A DNA stretch of 64,000 nucleotides from Salinispira sp. (lineage in GTDB: Bacteria > Spirochaetota > Spirochaetia > DSM-27196 > Salinispiraceae): contig OZ271918.1 of the NCBI GenBank assembly GCA_965602015.1, positions 1,888,001-1,952,000 of the forward strand, in the 5' to 3' direction. Under the pieces are notes generated by a model. That model was not told the origin of the DNA. It saw only the letters and a list, made by a program, of their open reading frames with translations, and did not search any database. Position numbers and translations under genes: made by a program. Of the stretch, positions 20,927 through 30,455 are shown in pieces (within the stretch, counting starts at the first letter, position 1; each line of letters begins with the position of its first letter).

Positions 20927-22450
20927 TCAGAATTGAAAATACAGAAACGGCGAATAGCTGTCAGCAAGTAACTTCACCACTGCCAGGATAAAAAAGCCCA
21001 GGGCAGCTCCACCGGTGATGATTTTGCCTTCGAGCCGGTGTAACCATGCTGCGCGCGTCCGTGATGCCTGCATCGAGCGAAACCATCGAACAAGCGCCGG
21101 TTCGGCAATGACAAAACTCAGGGCCAGGAAGAAAACAATTCGCTCCCCGACTCCGAATTGCCAGGCATAGGCATCGGACAGGGTCAGGCCATTGGCTCCG
21201 AAAAGCCCCCAAATCATTCCCAAGGCTGATGCCGCATCGGGCGATCTGAAAAACACCCAACCGATTGCTACAAACACCAGGGTTATGATGCGGTACAACC
21301 AGAATCCCGGCATCCGGGAAACGAGACGCCGGCGCAGCCGGAGCTGCTGATCATCGCTCCTCTCCGCCAGGAGAAGCAGGCCGTGCCATGCGCCCCACAA
21401 TAGAAACGTCCAGTTCGCCCCGTGCCAGAGACCCCCAAGCAGCATTACCACAAAGAGATTTACCCTGGTGCGCCACGGTGAAACTCGATTACCCCCCAGG
21501 GGAATGTATAAATAATCCCTCAACCAGGTTGAAAGGCTGATATGCCAGCGCTGCCAGAACTCGGTAATGCTTGCCGAGTGATAGGGCTGACGGAAATTTT
21601 CCCGAAAGCGGAAACCGAGCATGAGGCCCAGACCTATCGCCATGTCGGAATACGCCGCAAAGTCCAAATACAGCTGCAGGGAATATGCCAGCACCCCTAT
21701 CCAGGCATCGGCGGCGTGGGGATGTGCCAGGGCAAAGCTTCCGCTGACCAATGCGGCAAGGCTGTCAGCCAGAATAATTTTCTTCGCGAAGCCAAACATA
21801 AATCGCCGCAAACCCCGTGCGAGGCGGCCGGGTGAACGGTGGGGCTCTGTCAATTGATCTGCAATATCCTTGTACCGGACAATGGGCCCGGCAATCAGCT
21901 GGGGAAACAGGGCGATGTAGGCGGACAACTCCATAAAGTTCTTCGCGCTTCTGGCGTCTCCCCGGTACACATCAATGCTGTAACTCATGGCCTGAAAAAC
22001 ATAAAAGGATATGCCCACAGGGAGTATGACCGCGGTCCACGGCAGGGCCGGCAGAGATGCCCGCTCAAGCAGGCTGTTAAAGGATTCCACCCCGAAATTC
22101 GCGTATTTGAAATACCCAAGAATGGACAGGTTTACCACAACGCTTGTAACCACAATAAAACGCTTTGAGGAAACCACAGCCCTAAGCCTGTGACAGAATG
22201 AATCGAAGCTGCCGGTGTCGGACCCGTGCTCTCTTCCGCCGTCGGGAACTCGGTCCATAAGCAAACCGGCGAAATAATTGATGGCGCTGACAAAAATGAG
22301 CAGAAAAAGAAAATCTATCCGCCAGAATGCATAAAACAGCCAGCTGCCAAAAAGAATCCACGGTATGAGCATGGTTTTTTTTATTGGGTAGTACACCAGC
22401 ATAAACAGAGGAAGAAAAAGGAATAAAAAAAGTGGGGAACTAAAAACCAT
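20927..22450 (-). CDS. MBOAT O-acyltransferase, AlgI-like
   Basis: MVFSS, LPVGISFY, FPQLIAGPIVRY, EFWQRWHISLSTWLRDYLYIPLGG, GLWHGA, FLYFQF. Confidence 0.93.
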   Translation of the reverse strand: MVFSSPLFLFLFLPLFMLVYYPIKKTMLIPWILFGSWLFYAFWRIDFLFLLIFVSAINYFAGLLMDRVPDGGREHGSDTGSFDSFCHRLRAVVSSKRFIVVTSVVVNLSILGYFKYANFGVESFNSLLERASLPALPWTAVILPVGISFYVFQAMSYSIDVYRGDARSAKNFMELSAYIALFPQLIAGPIVRYKDIADQLTEPHRSPGRLARGLRRFMFGFAKKIILADSLAALVSGSFALAHPHAADAWIGVLAYSLQLYLDFAAYSDMAIGLGLMLGFRFRENFRQPYHSASITEFWQRWHISLSTWLRDYLYIPLGGNRVSPWRTRVNLFVVMLLGGLWHGANWTFLLWGAWHGLLLLAERSDDQQLRLRRRLVSRMPGFWLYRIITLVFVAIGWVFFRSPDAASALGMIWGLFGANGLTLSDAYAWQFGVGERIVFFLALSFVIAEPALVRWFRSMQASRTRAAWLHRLEGKIITGGAALGFFILAVVKLLADSYSPFLYFQF

Positions 22451-22452
22451 GG

Positions 22453-23136
22453 TTAGGGTTGTTGGATTTCCGCTCTGCGAAGGCTGGGAATAAGCGTTCC
22501 GTCTTCCGAATCCCGCAGAGCTATGGCAATGCTGTCTCCCCTGCTCATGGCCGGGTCGAAGGCTTCGCTGATGCGGCGGCCATCCTGAGAAAATATCGCT
22601 AGTTCGACGGAAACCGGATTGACCGAAACGAAGGAAGACCGACCCGCATCGATGTCAGAAATAAGCGTCTGATTACCGTCGGCGGTCCGCAGGGACAGCT
22701 TTTGCTGGTAAGACCCCGAATAGACGTAAAGCTGACAGCGAATCGGATCGTTGTGGGCCTGGTCTTCAAGAATCTCAAGAGAATCGTCAAAAAGCAGGAT
22801 GCTGTATACTGTGCCCTGCTGAGGAAGGAACTCGGTGTTTTCACCATGGTGACGCAAAATAAACACATCGGCCGGAATGGGGTAATAGGTGCTGATGTCA
22901 CCAGGGGCATCGAGGGAAATGCGATTGGCACCGAGACGCAAACTCACGCTGTCCTGGCTCCGGAGATTTATCAGGCGCACCAGAATGGCCGAATCGTCGA
23001 GGCTCAAACCGTACAGCGATGCGCTTTGGGCAGATAGCGAAAAAGCGGTGAACAGCAGCAGCATCAGCACCATCAACACCCTTGGGGAATATCTCGTAGA
23101 GCAGGAGCAATGCGGTAAGGACTCAGGTTCGAACAT
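22453..23136 (-). CDS. AlgF-like periplasmic O-acetylation accessory protein
   Basis: Signal peptide; LYG...AILVRLIN pattern; first gene of the algI/algJ-like operon. Confidence 0.6.
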   Translation of the reverse strand: MFEPESLPHCSCSTRYSPRVLMVLMLLLFTAFSLSAQSASLYGLSLDDSAILVRLINLRSQDSVSLRLGANRISLDAPGDISTYYPIPADVFILRHHGENTEFLPQQGTVYSILLFDDSLEILEDQAHNDPIRCQLYVYSGSYQQKLSLRTADGNQTLISDIDAGRSSFVSVNPVSVELAIFSQDGRRISEAFDPAMSRGDSIAIALRDSEDGTLIPSLRRAEIQQP

Positions 23137-23178
23137 AGGGGCAATACTATCACAGGGTATAAATGGTTTGAAGTAGAA

Positions 23179-24429
23179 AGTGCCCCCAAAACAGCTGATT
23201 TCCGCCCCTCAGGCCACCGCATAACCGGGTAGGTCGATCTTCAACGCACTCACCGGCGTCTTCCAGATCCGGTGCCAGGTCTTCCATTGGCTGATGTCCA
23301 GCACCAGATGATGAACGAATGCCCGCTGTGTAAACATCCTTTTTGCCAACGTGAGTACCCGCCTTCGGTCAAACCCCGCAACCTCACCATGGCTGATATC
23401 GTTTCTTCCGTTTATCCGATACGGCTTGAGCAGGTTATGATAGGCGATGTAAATCATCATCCGCTCCATGCTGTTGTTCACCGATTTTGACCACTGGACA
23501 CTCTGGCGGACATGACAGGATTGATCCTTTCGTATCTCCCGGTCCAGGTAATTCACCGGAAACAGGGGGTTTTCAGTGGTCCTGACAACCCTCGATGAGG
23601 TTCGGTGATGGATAACCCGCCCTGCATTTTCCAACGCCGCCCAGTCCCGATGAGCGCACAGCTCACGGCGGTATTCGAGTTTTTCATCGCTCAAGAGATA
23701 GCATGGCCTCTTCGATGAATAAGCCTTCCACCGGGGAAGAATGGTGTTTATCACATCCCGGAAAGATCGCGCAATTTGTCCCCCTGCAATAGGATACCGG
23801 CGATTGAGCTCATCGCGCCGGCGCTTTTGCGCGGGGGTCATCCGCCCTTTGCGCCGCATCTGCGCATAGTCGCACGCATAGACAACCTGGCTGTCGGAAC
23901 CCACCGCGAGAGTGAAGTTGTTCGGCCAGTATTGGCTATATACAAAGCTTTCAAACCCATCAACGGCAATATCCTCATCGATTGTATGATCATTCAATAA
24001 CTGGGCCATGGCAGCGATCGCCTGACGGGACAGGCGGCTCAGCCGATTGAGAATGACCTTGTCGGTGACATAAAACTCCCGGGCAATGTCGCGGATGCCG
24101 GAAGCCGAGTTGATTGAAGAGAAGATGCGCCGGTAATCGAGGCGATGATGTGCGCGATAATCGAGGTGAAACGCGCTTTCGCAGAAGTATCGACGGCAAT
24201 GCTTACAGCGATAGCGCTGGGAAGAACCGAGGCGGCGGCAGTGATAGTGGCCGTTTCGGACAAACCAGCATCGGCTTGATTCTCTGTCGCGATGATGCTG
24301 AGAACAGTCCGAGTACGGACAGAAACGGGGGTGAAATGCCATGGTAATCTCCTATGAACTGGTAATCGTGTCATAGAAGACTACTGGCAAAAGAGTTATG
24401 TTGATTCGATCAGCTGTTTTGGGGGCACT
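23179..24429 (-). mobile_element. Insertion sequence of uncertain family with perfect 21-bp TIRs
   Basis: AGTGCCCCCAAAACAGCTGAT (23179-23199) and its exact reverse complement (24409-24429) enclose a single ORF. Confidence 0.85.
23209..24342 (-). CDS. Putative transposase (IS1-like Zn ribbon, HTH, DDE-like core)
   Basis: CP..DC...RNGH...QRYRCKHCRRYF resembles the InsA Zn ribbon; GIRDIAREF HTH; acidic motifs IAVDGFES, LSDEK; enclosed by TIRs. Confidence 0.75.
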   Translation of the reverse strand: MAFHPRFCPYSDCSQHHRDRESSRCWFVRNGHYHCRRLGSSQRYRCKHCRRYFCESAFHLDYRAHHRLDYRRIFSSINSASGIRDIAREFYVTDKVILNRLSRLSRQAIAAMAQLLNDHTIDEDIAVDGFESFVYSQYWPNNFTLAVGSDSQVVYACDYAQMRRKGRMTPAQKRRRDELNRRYPIAGGQIARSFRDVINTILPRWKAYSSKRPCYLLSDEKLEYRRELCAHRDWAALENAGRVIHHRTSSRVVRTTENPLFPVNYLDREIRKDQSCHVRQSVQWSKSVNNSMERMMIYIAYHNLLKPYRINGRNDISHGEVAGFDRRRVLTLAKRMFTQRAFVHHLVLDISQWKTWHRIWKTPVSALKIDLPGYAVA

Positions 24430-24476
24430 ACTAAATTATTGTAAACCCCGTTGAGTTCTGATAGTGTCTCATTACT

Positions 24477-25709
24477 ATGCCAATTTTTCCCATCCGATTA
24501 CCGGTTTACCTTGCACTCGCCCTTGCTTGTTTGAGTCCGGCGCTCAGCGCCATGCCTGGAGATATTATATCTTTGGAATTCGAACGGAGTTTCACCCCGG
24601 CCCAGACGGAAAATTTCATTTCCACCCTGTATGACGGATACAAAACGCCTGAAGCACTGTACCCGGTAGACGTATATCAGCTCGTTTTCGAAAGCACCTA
24701 TCCCGACGGTTCTCCCGCCCGGGCATTCGCTCAGGTTTTTCTGCCCCGCTTCGGCAATGAAGAACGGGATTTTCGGGGCTTATATGTCTTTGCTCCGGGT
24801 TCTACCGGACTTCTGGACAACTGCCGGGCATCCAGGGAACACGAGGCGGGAATCAGGTGGGGACTGTACCGGGCCCACGTGCTCAGCCACGCCGCCCGAG
24901 GAACTATAGCCATTCAACCCGACTATCTGGGGTTTCGCGATCCTGAGAGGTATCAATACTACATGGTCGCCGAAGCAGAGGCGGCGGTGTTGCTGGACAG
25001 CATACGAGCGATGAAAAAAGTATTTATGCGCACCGACTACCGCTATGTGAGCGAGACTGTCAATTTCGCCGGGGGTTTCAGCCAGGGTGGCCATGCTATT
25101 CTCGCTGCCGCGGATTTTCGAAGCCGTTATGCCCCTGAACTGGAATTAACCGGCGTCGTGGGATTCGGTGCCACCGCCAATCCTCTCCAGCTTATGCTGG
25201 AGTACCCGGGAGTTGCGCCGATGATTGTGTACACCTACTGGCAACTCTACGGCAGGGACAGGGTGGATCCCTGGCGGATACTCAGACCGGAGTATGCGGA
25301 CTTCCTGGAAGACGATGTCCTCAGCCAGTGCGTGGGAGGTATGCAGTCATACTACCCTCATGACCCGGAGGACCTGTACACCCCCGAGTTTTACCGCGCC
25401 TTGCGAAACGGAAGTGTGGAATCCGAGTACCCCGAACTTGCCCGGGTTATGGCGGATAATACTGTCGGGTATCGAAGCTACGGAACAGATATTCTCCTCA
25501 TGCAGGGGGGGAACGACATCGTAATTTTCCCAGATACCCAGAGGGCATTTCTCGACAGTCTGCAGCAGCGGGGGCTGGAGGCGGAAATGATTTTTTATCC
25601 TTCCGCCCGTCATGACACCCGACAGATTTCCTATAATCAATTCCGTCAGTGGATGGACGGGCATATTCAGACAAAAAAAGACGTTGAAAGCACCGGCGTA
25701 GCCCGGTGA
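24477..25709 (+). CDS. Secreted alpha/beta hydrolase (secretory lipase-like), paralog 1
   Basis: Signal peptide; PDYLG, GFSQGG nucleophile elbow, QGGND, ARHD. Confidence 0.82.
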   Translation: MPIFPIRLPVYLALALACLSPALSAMPGDIISLEFERSFTPAQTENFISTLYDGYKTPEALYPVDVYQLVFESTYPDGSPARAFAQVFLPRFGNEERDFRGLYVFAPGSTGLLDNCRASREHEAGIRWGLYRAHVLSHAARGTIAIQPDYLGFRDPERYQYYMVAEAEAAVLLDSIRAMKKVFMRTDYRYVSETVNFAGGFSQGGHAILAAADFRSRYAPELELTGVVGFGATANPLQLMLEYPGVAPMIVYTYWQLYGRDRVDPWRILRPEYADFLEDDVLSQCVGGMQSYYPHDPEDLYTPEFYRALRNGSVESEYPELARVMADNTVGYRSYGTDILLMQGGNDIVIFPDTQRAFLDSLQQRGLEAEMIFYPSARHDTRQISYNQFRQWMDGHIQTKKDVESTGVAR

Positions 25710-25776
25710 ACGGGAACCATCCCGACAGATAGTAACATATGCGGCGGATGCGCCGTAGATTTATGGAGGAACTACC

Positions 25777-27030
25777 ATGTACACTACATCGCCGAAACGC
25801 AGGATGCTATGTATCCTCGGGTTTCTGTTGATTCTGGCTTCAATGCTCACCGCTCAGCCGCGACCGCTTGAAGAGATCGCCGTAGAGCCGGCCTCTTCGG
25901 CCGGAACCCTGGTGGAAATACGGCAGGGCAGCTTTCACAGCATTGAAGATCTTAGTCAGACGATTCCGGGATTCTTCGAATTCTATCCCGTGCCCGTACC
26001 CCGGTATCCGGTCCAATCCTGGAGCCTCACCTTCGTGAGCACGGACTATGACGGGAGCCCGGTAGAGATACGCGCCCAGTTTTTTACGCCGGTTACCCAG
26101 GTCCCCGAACAGTTTCCCAGTTATGTATTTGCGTCGGGAACCACCGGATTGGGGGACGAAAGCGCTCCGTCATTAGAGATCCCCACTGAAGAGCGCTGGG
26201 GATGGTATACCCAAAACATGCTCGCCTATGCATCACAGGGTTTTATTGTCATGTTTCCCGATTACACGGGCTTTAACGATCCGGAGCGCACCCAACGCTA
26301 CTTCAGCCGCTTTGCCGAGGGATACATGATGCTCGACGCAATCCGGGCGCATTTGTCGTTTTTTGATACGGAAGATGCAGCCGACGTCCTTGTCAGCCCC
26401 GACGGGCATGTGTTTACCGCCGGCTACAGTCAGGGCGGCCATGCTGCTATGGCCGCTGCCGACCTGAGGCCTTACTATGCGGCGGATGTGCCTCTTACCG
26501 GGGTAATTACCTTCGGTTCAACTAACGATGTTGAAGCCCTGTTCAGGGAGGGTGTGGCCTACGGCCCCCTCATCCTCTACTCCTATCGGGAAATCTACGG
26601 TGAAGACTCAATAGATGTTAGCCGGTATCTGCTGCCGCGCTGGCTCGAGAACTTCGAAACCGAGGCCCAGGGAAGGCTGCCCCAATTTCAAGCGACCTAC
26701 GGGTTTTCGCAGGAGCGGGTATTTACCCCGGAATTCCGCGACGCCCTGAATAACCGGACGGTAGCCAGGGATTTCCCCGAAATACATCGTCTTATGGCGG
26801 AGAACCACAGCGGGCATAGCGGACACGGCCTGCCCTCGCTGGTTATCCAGGGAGGCCGGGACTTCATTGTCACCACTGCAAGCCAGGCGCTATTTGTCGA
26901 CGGCCTGAGGGAACGGGGAAGTCAGGTTCGCTTCCTGGTGTATCCAAAAGCAACCCATCGCTACACCCGCCATGCGGGATTCCCCGCAACCGTCTGGTGG
27001 ATGAACGAATTGACGGGCCGGAACGACTAA
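25777..27030 (+). CDS. Secreted alpha/beta hydrolase (secretory lipase-like), paralog 2
   Basis: Signal peptide; PDYTG, GYSQGG, QGGRD, ATHR; colinear with paralog 1. Confidence 0.82.
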   Translation: MYTTSPKRRMLCILGFLLILASMLTAQPRPLEEIAVEPASSAGTLVEIRQGSFHSIEDLSQTIPGFFEFYPVPVPRYPVQSWSLTFVSTDYDGSPVEIRAQFFTPVTQVPEQFPSYVFASGTTGLGDESAPSLEIPTEERWGWYTQNMLAYASQGFIVMFPDYTGFNDPERTQRYFSRFAEGYMMLDAIRAHLSFFDTEDAADVLVSPDGHVFTAGYSQGGHAAMAAADLRPYYAADVPLTGVITFGSTNDVEALFREGVAYGPLILYSYREIYGEDSIDVSRYLLPRWLENFETEAQGRLPQFQATYGFSQERVFTPEFRDALNNRTVARDFPEIHRLMAENHSGHSGHGLPSLVIQGGRDFIVTTASQALFVDGLRERGSQVRFLVYPKATHRYTRHAGFPATVWWMNELTGRND

Positions 27031-27062
27031 CCCATCCTGGCAATCAGCGAGCGCCATCAAGG

Positions 27063-27093
27063 ACCCCCGCCGGACTGTCGGCGGGGTTTTTTT
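27063..27093. terminator. Intrinsic terminator after the lipase pair
   Basis: CCCCGCCG-GACTGT-CGGCGGGG-TTTTTTT. Confidence 0.8.
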
Positions 27094-27592
27094 AGCTTCT
27101 ATGAAGGATATTCACCAACAGGCCCTGGATTTCCTCCAGGTTGGCGAGCATGTCGATTTGGCTTGACTGGCTGACAAAGACCTTTCGGCTGAGATCATCC
27201 AGACGTTCATCGATTACTTTTATGATGGTGTACTTTTTTTGATTCAGAATGGTACGACGTGAGATATGTTCCTCTGTGCTGTACGCGTTATCGGTAACAT
27301 GAGCGATAAAATCCCGGATGGCCTGCTTGTATCGGGTAAGATTATCTATACCCGGGTATTTAACCAGCTCCTCTCCGAGGCGCTGAATGTCCCCGATTAT
27401 CTCCTGAAGCTCATGGTCGCTGTTGATGGGATGAACCGAGTCCAGCCTCGCATCGGCCGACTGGTTTGAACTGAACAGCTTTCCCAGCACTCCGGTAAAT
27501 CCTCCGGATTTACCGGTCTTTTCCTGTTTCTTTTTTTCAGGCGTATAATCTGGGCGGAACGGCAGGCCGCTGGTGCCGTCAATTTTCTCCAT
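27092..27592 (-). CDS. YaaR/DUF327 family protein
   Basis: LGEEL...YKQAIRDFI...IDERLDDL...EEIQGLLVNI helical-bundle pattern; start at MEKIDG. Confidence 0.8.
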   Translation of the reverse strand: MEKIDGTSGLPFRPDYTPEKKKQEKTGKSGGFTGVLGKLFSSNQSADARLDSVHPINSDHELQEIIGDIQRLGEELVKYPGIDNLTRYKQAIRDFIAHVTDNAYSTEEHISRRTILNQKKYTIIKVIDERLDDLSRKVFVSQSSQIDMLANLEEIQGLLVNILHRS

Positions 27593-28160
27593 GGCTTCCG
27601 CCGCCGGAACCCTTGGACCGGGAGGCATCTTTGCGCCGCCGACGAAAACCGCGAATGAATTTGGAACCCGAAGGTTCATCGGACGACTGATCTGCCGTGT
27701 TCCCCCGCCTGCTTTCGGCAGAGGGATCAGACAGCTGCCTTGACGCCGGAGCTTCAGCGGCTTGCAGGGACTCGCCTGACCGCCCGGCCCGGGTTCGAAT
27801 CATTTTCTGCCGCTTATCGCTTTTGCCGGTAATCACCAGGGAGCAGTGCATCAGAACCCCCTCCTCTGCAATCAGCCTGGGAGTGTAGAGATTTCCGATA
27901 ACCACCGCCGAAGCGAGGATGAGGATTTTATCAGTTGCGTAGATCGTTCCGCGGAAAACCCCGCCGATTACCACCACCCGGGCATTGACTGTGCTGTCGG
28001 CCCGCCCGTGAGTGCCGATGAGAACCTTGCCCTCAGTTTTTATTGATCCTGAAAAGTCGCCGTCTACCCTGAAAAGACCTTCTATTTCTATATCGCCTTT
28101 AAAGCGGCTGCCGAAACCGATGAGAGAATTTACATACTGTTCTTCCGGGAATCGTTCCAT
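27579..28160 (-). CDS. Bactofilin with disordered C-terminal tail
   Basis: SLIGFGSRFKGDI...RVDGDFSGSI...VIGNLYTPRLIAEEG. Confidence 0.9.
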   Translation of the reverse strand: MERFPEEQYVNSLIGFGSRFKGDIEIEGLFRVDGDFSGSIKTEGKVLIGTHGRADSTVNARVVVIGGVFRGTIYATDKILILASAVVIGNLYTPRLIAEEGVLMHCSLVITGKSDKRQKMIRTRAGRSGESLQAAEAPASRQLSDPSAESRRGNTADQSSDEPSGSKFIRGFRRRRKDASRSKGSGGGSHGEN

Positions 28161-28175
28161 GTGAACGGGATTATA

Positions 28176-29192
28176 TCACCGACGGGTGCTGTTCGACCAG
28201 CGGATAAAGTCGTTATTGATGTTGAGGAAGGTTGTGGGGTCCAAAACCTCGGTACCGAGCATTATTTGAAAGTCCAAATGGCGCCCGGTGGACAGGCCGG
28301 TGTTTCCCATGACCCCGATTCTCTGGCCCTGATAGACGATGTCGCCGGCGTTAACTGATCGGGACTGGAGGTGGGAGTACCGGGTTCTGAAACCGTATTT
28401 ATGTTCAATGAGCACGTAATTTCCAAAGCCCGTCTCACCGAACTTTGATTCGATAACTTTGCCGTTTGCCGCCGCAACGATGGGAAGGCTTTGAGATGCG
28501 GCGATGTCTATTCCCTTGTGCATGTACCAGTTTCCGTACACAGGGTGAATGTTCGGCCCGAATTCCATGGTGACTATGGAACGGGCCGTGCCCACTACCG
28601 GCCACATGGTGGGGAGATCGGCCATAATTTCAGATCTGGTCTGGAGCGCCGAGGCGATATTATTCAGGGGATCGAGTGCGCCGGAGAGAGACTCCCTGAG
28701 TTGGCGCAGATCGTAGATTTCCCGAGCTTCTCCGTTGTTTATTTCCTGGAGATTGTTGATTGAGGCCAAATCGCCGCCCTGATTGATGGAGCTGTCCTCA
28801 CTGGCGCTCAACTCCAGCTCCCGAAGGGTATTGAGCATGCTGCTTTCGAATAATTCAAAAACCTTGACCGTGTCGGTTACCTCGTCGCGAATGGCGTCGA
28901 GATTTCCCTGAGTGATGATTAAATCATCCTGCTGTTCGCTGATGAGCTGTTCAGAACCGGTAAAATGGGTAGTCATGTAAAAGAAGCCGCCAACCATACC
29001 CATAAAAACCGCGGCGAGGAAAATAAGCAGCAGGGTGCTCATTTGGAAATTCACCACTTTTTTTTCGGAGTGAGGAATAAACATGACCGTAAATTTCTGG
29101 CTCATAATTGAAGTAAACCATGAGCCTGTGCGTCGGAAGAGTGTGTTGATGCCGCTAAAAATTGTTTTTTTGATGTGCTTGTCTGACCGCAT
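28176..29192 (-). CDS. M23 family peptidoglycan endopeptidase
   Basis: TM plus coiled coil; HKGIDIA, YSHL, GNTGLSTGRHL. Confidence 0.92.
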   Translation of the reverse strand: MRSDKHIKKTIFSGINTLFRRTGSWFTSIMSQKFTVMFIPHSEKKVVNFQMSTLLLIFLAAVFMGMVGGFFYMTTHFTGSEQLISEQQDDLIITQGNLDAIRDEVTDTVKVFELFESSMLNTLRELELSASEDSSINQGGDLASINNLQEINNGEAREIYDLRQLRESLSGALDPLNNIASALQTRSEIMADLPTMWPVVGTARSIVTMEFGPNIHPVYGNWYMHKGIDIAASQSLPIVAAANGKVIESKFGETGFGNYVLIEHKYGFRTRYSHLQSRSVNAGDIVYQGQRIGVMGNTGLSTGRHLDFQIMLGTEVLDPTTFLNINNDFIRWSNSTRR

Positions 29193-29413
29193 GGGGCTCG
29201 TCTGGTCCTCCGCCTCTTCGCTAGCAAAATAAATCTAACGGTATTGTACAGTACTCCGTGAAAAGAGCATAGATGTACCCTCTATATGTTTCGACAGTAT
29301 TATACCAATACCTAATATTTTTTTAATTTTGAGCACATTATACGAGATTAATTACGAAAATGTACCACGAAAGCGACGCATTTGTCAAATATTAGGGGTT
29401 TTATCTATAGATA

Positions 29414-29442
29414 TTGACGATCACTTTGCCGCGTGATACCTT
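29414..29442 (+). promoter_or_regulatory. Sigma70-type promoter for tatD
   Basis: TTGACG-17 bp-TACCTT with extended -10 TG. Confidence 0.55.
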
Positions 29443-29500
29443 TGAAGCAATAACACCATGCTACTGCATGTGTTGTACATCTTTTCTTACTGGAAATCAT

Positions 29501-30271
29501 ATGAAGTTATTTGATACTCACGCCCATATCGGGTTGATTCACGAAGACCCGATCGAACAGCTCATTATTACTCAGGAAGCCCGCCAGTCCGGCGTGGAAG
29601 GCATAATCAGCATCTGCAATAATCTGCATGATTTTTTTGCCGTCTATGAAAATCTAAAGACCGCAAACAATGTGTATCACGCCGTCGGCGTATCTCCCTC
29701 TGAAGTACAGAATCCGGGCCTCGACTGGGAAGGAAAAATCGAGCAGGGCGCCGCCCTAGACCGGGTCGTAGCTATCGGCGAGACGGGTCTGGACTACTAC
29801 CGCAAATTCGGCGATAAGGACAGTCAGGTCGAACTGTTTATCCGCCAACTGGAACTCGCTGATAAGCTCGATTTGCCGGTTATTATTCATAATCGTGATG
29901 CGGGCTCCGATATTCTCGATATTCTGCGGGAGAGAATACCCTCCCGAGGCGCCGTGCTGCATTGTTACGGAGAGGATTGGGCATTCGCTCAGAAAGCCCT
30001 GGAGCTCAACCTGTATATTTCGTTTGCCGGCAATGTCACCTACCGAAACGCGCGAAATCTTCACGAAACCGCCAAAAACATGCCTCTTGAGCGCATTGTC
30101 ATTGAGTCGGAGAGTCCCTTTATGGTCCCGGCGGCTTTCAGGGGAAAACGAAACAAGCCGAGCTATATGGTAAGCACTGCGGAATTCCTCGCGGATTTAC
30201 GGGGAATCAGCGCAGAGGAGTTTGCGGAGACCAGTTACGCCAACGCGTGTACCCTCTTTAATATCAGCTAA
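29501..30271 (+). CDS. tatD: TatD family hydrolase/DNase
   Basis: FDTHAH, AIGETGLDY, PVIIHNRDA, VLHC, ESESPF. Confidence 0.93.
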   Translation: MKLFDTHAHIGLIHEDPIEQLIITQEARQSGVEGIISICNNLHDFFAVYENLKTANNVYHAVGVSPSEVQNPGLDWEGKIEQGAALDRVVAIGETGLDYYRKFGDKDSQVELFIRQLELADKLDLPVIIHNRDAGSDILDILRERIPSRGAVLHCYGEDWAFAQKALELNLYISFAGNVTYRNARNLHETAKNMPLERIVIESESPFMVPAAFRGKRNKPSYMVSTAEFLADLRGISAEEFAETSYANACTLFNIS

Positions 30272-30331
30272 GCTGTACGCCGGAAGGCCCATACGGTCCG
30301 CGGCGAACGCTTTTACTGGCAAACCTGTCAC

Positions 30332-30364
30332 AAAACCGCAGCGGCAAAGCGCTGCGGTTTTTTT
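30332..30364 (+). terminator. Intrinsic terminator after tatD
   Basis: AAAACCGCAGCG-GCAAAG-CGCTGCGGTTTTTTT. Confidence 0.8.
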
Positions 30365-30455
30365 ATTATGTGTTTTCAGATTGCGCGTATCGGCCCCGCT
30401 TGCGGGTTTTTATCACACTTGACCCTGGTAAAAACAAGGTGGTATACAATCTAGC

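Noticed and set aside
30272..30455. Purine riboswitch upstream of purF
   Set aside because: Only the tatD terminator and a promoter-like sequence are visible; no recognisable aptamer.
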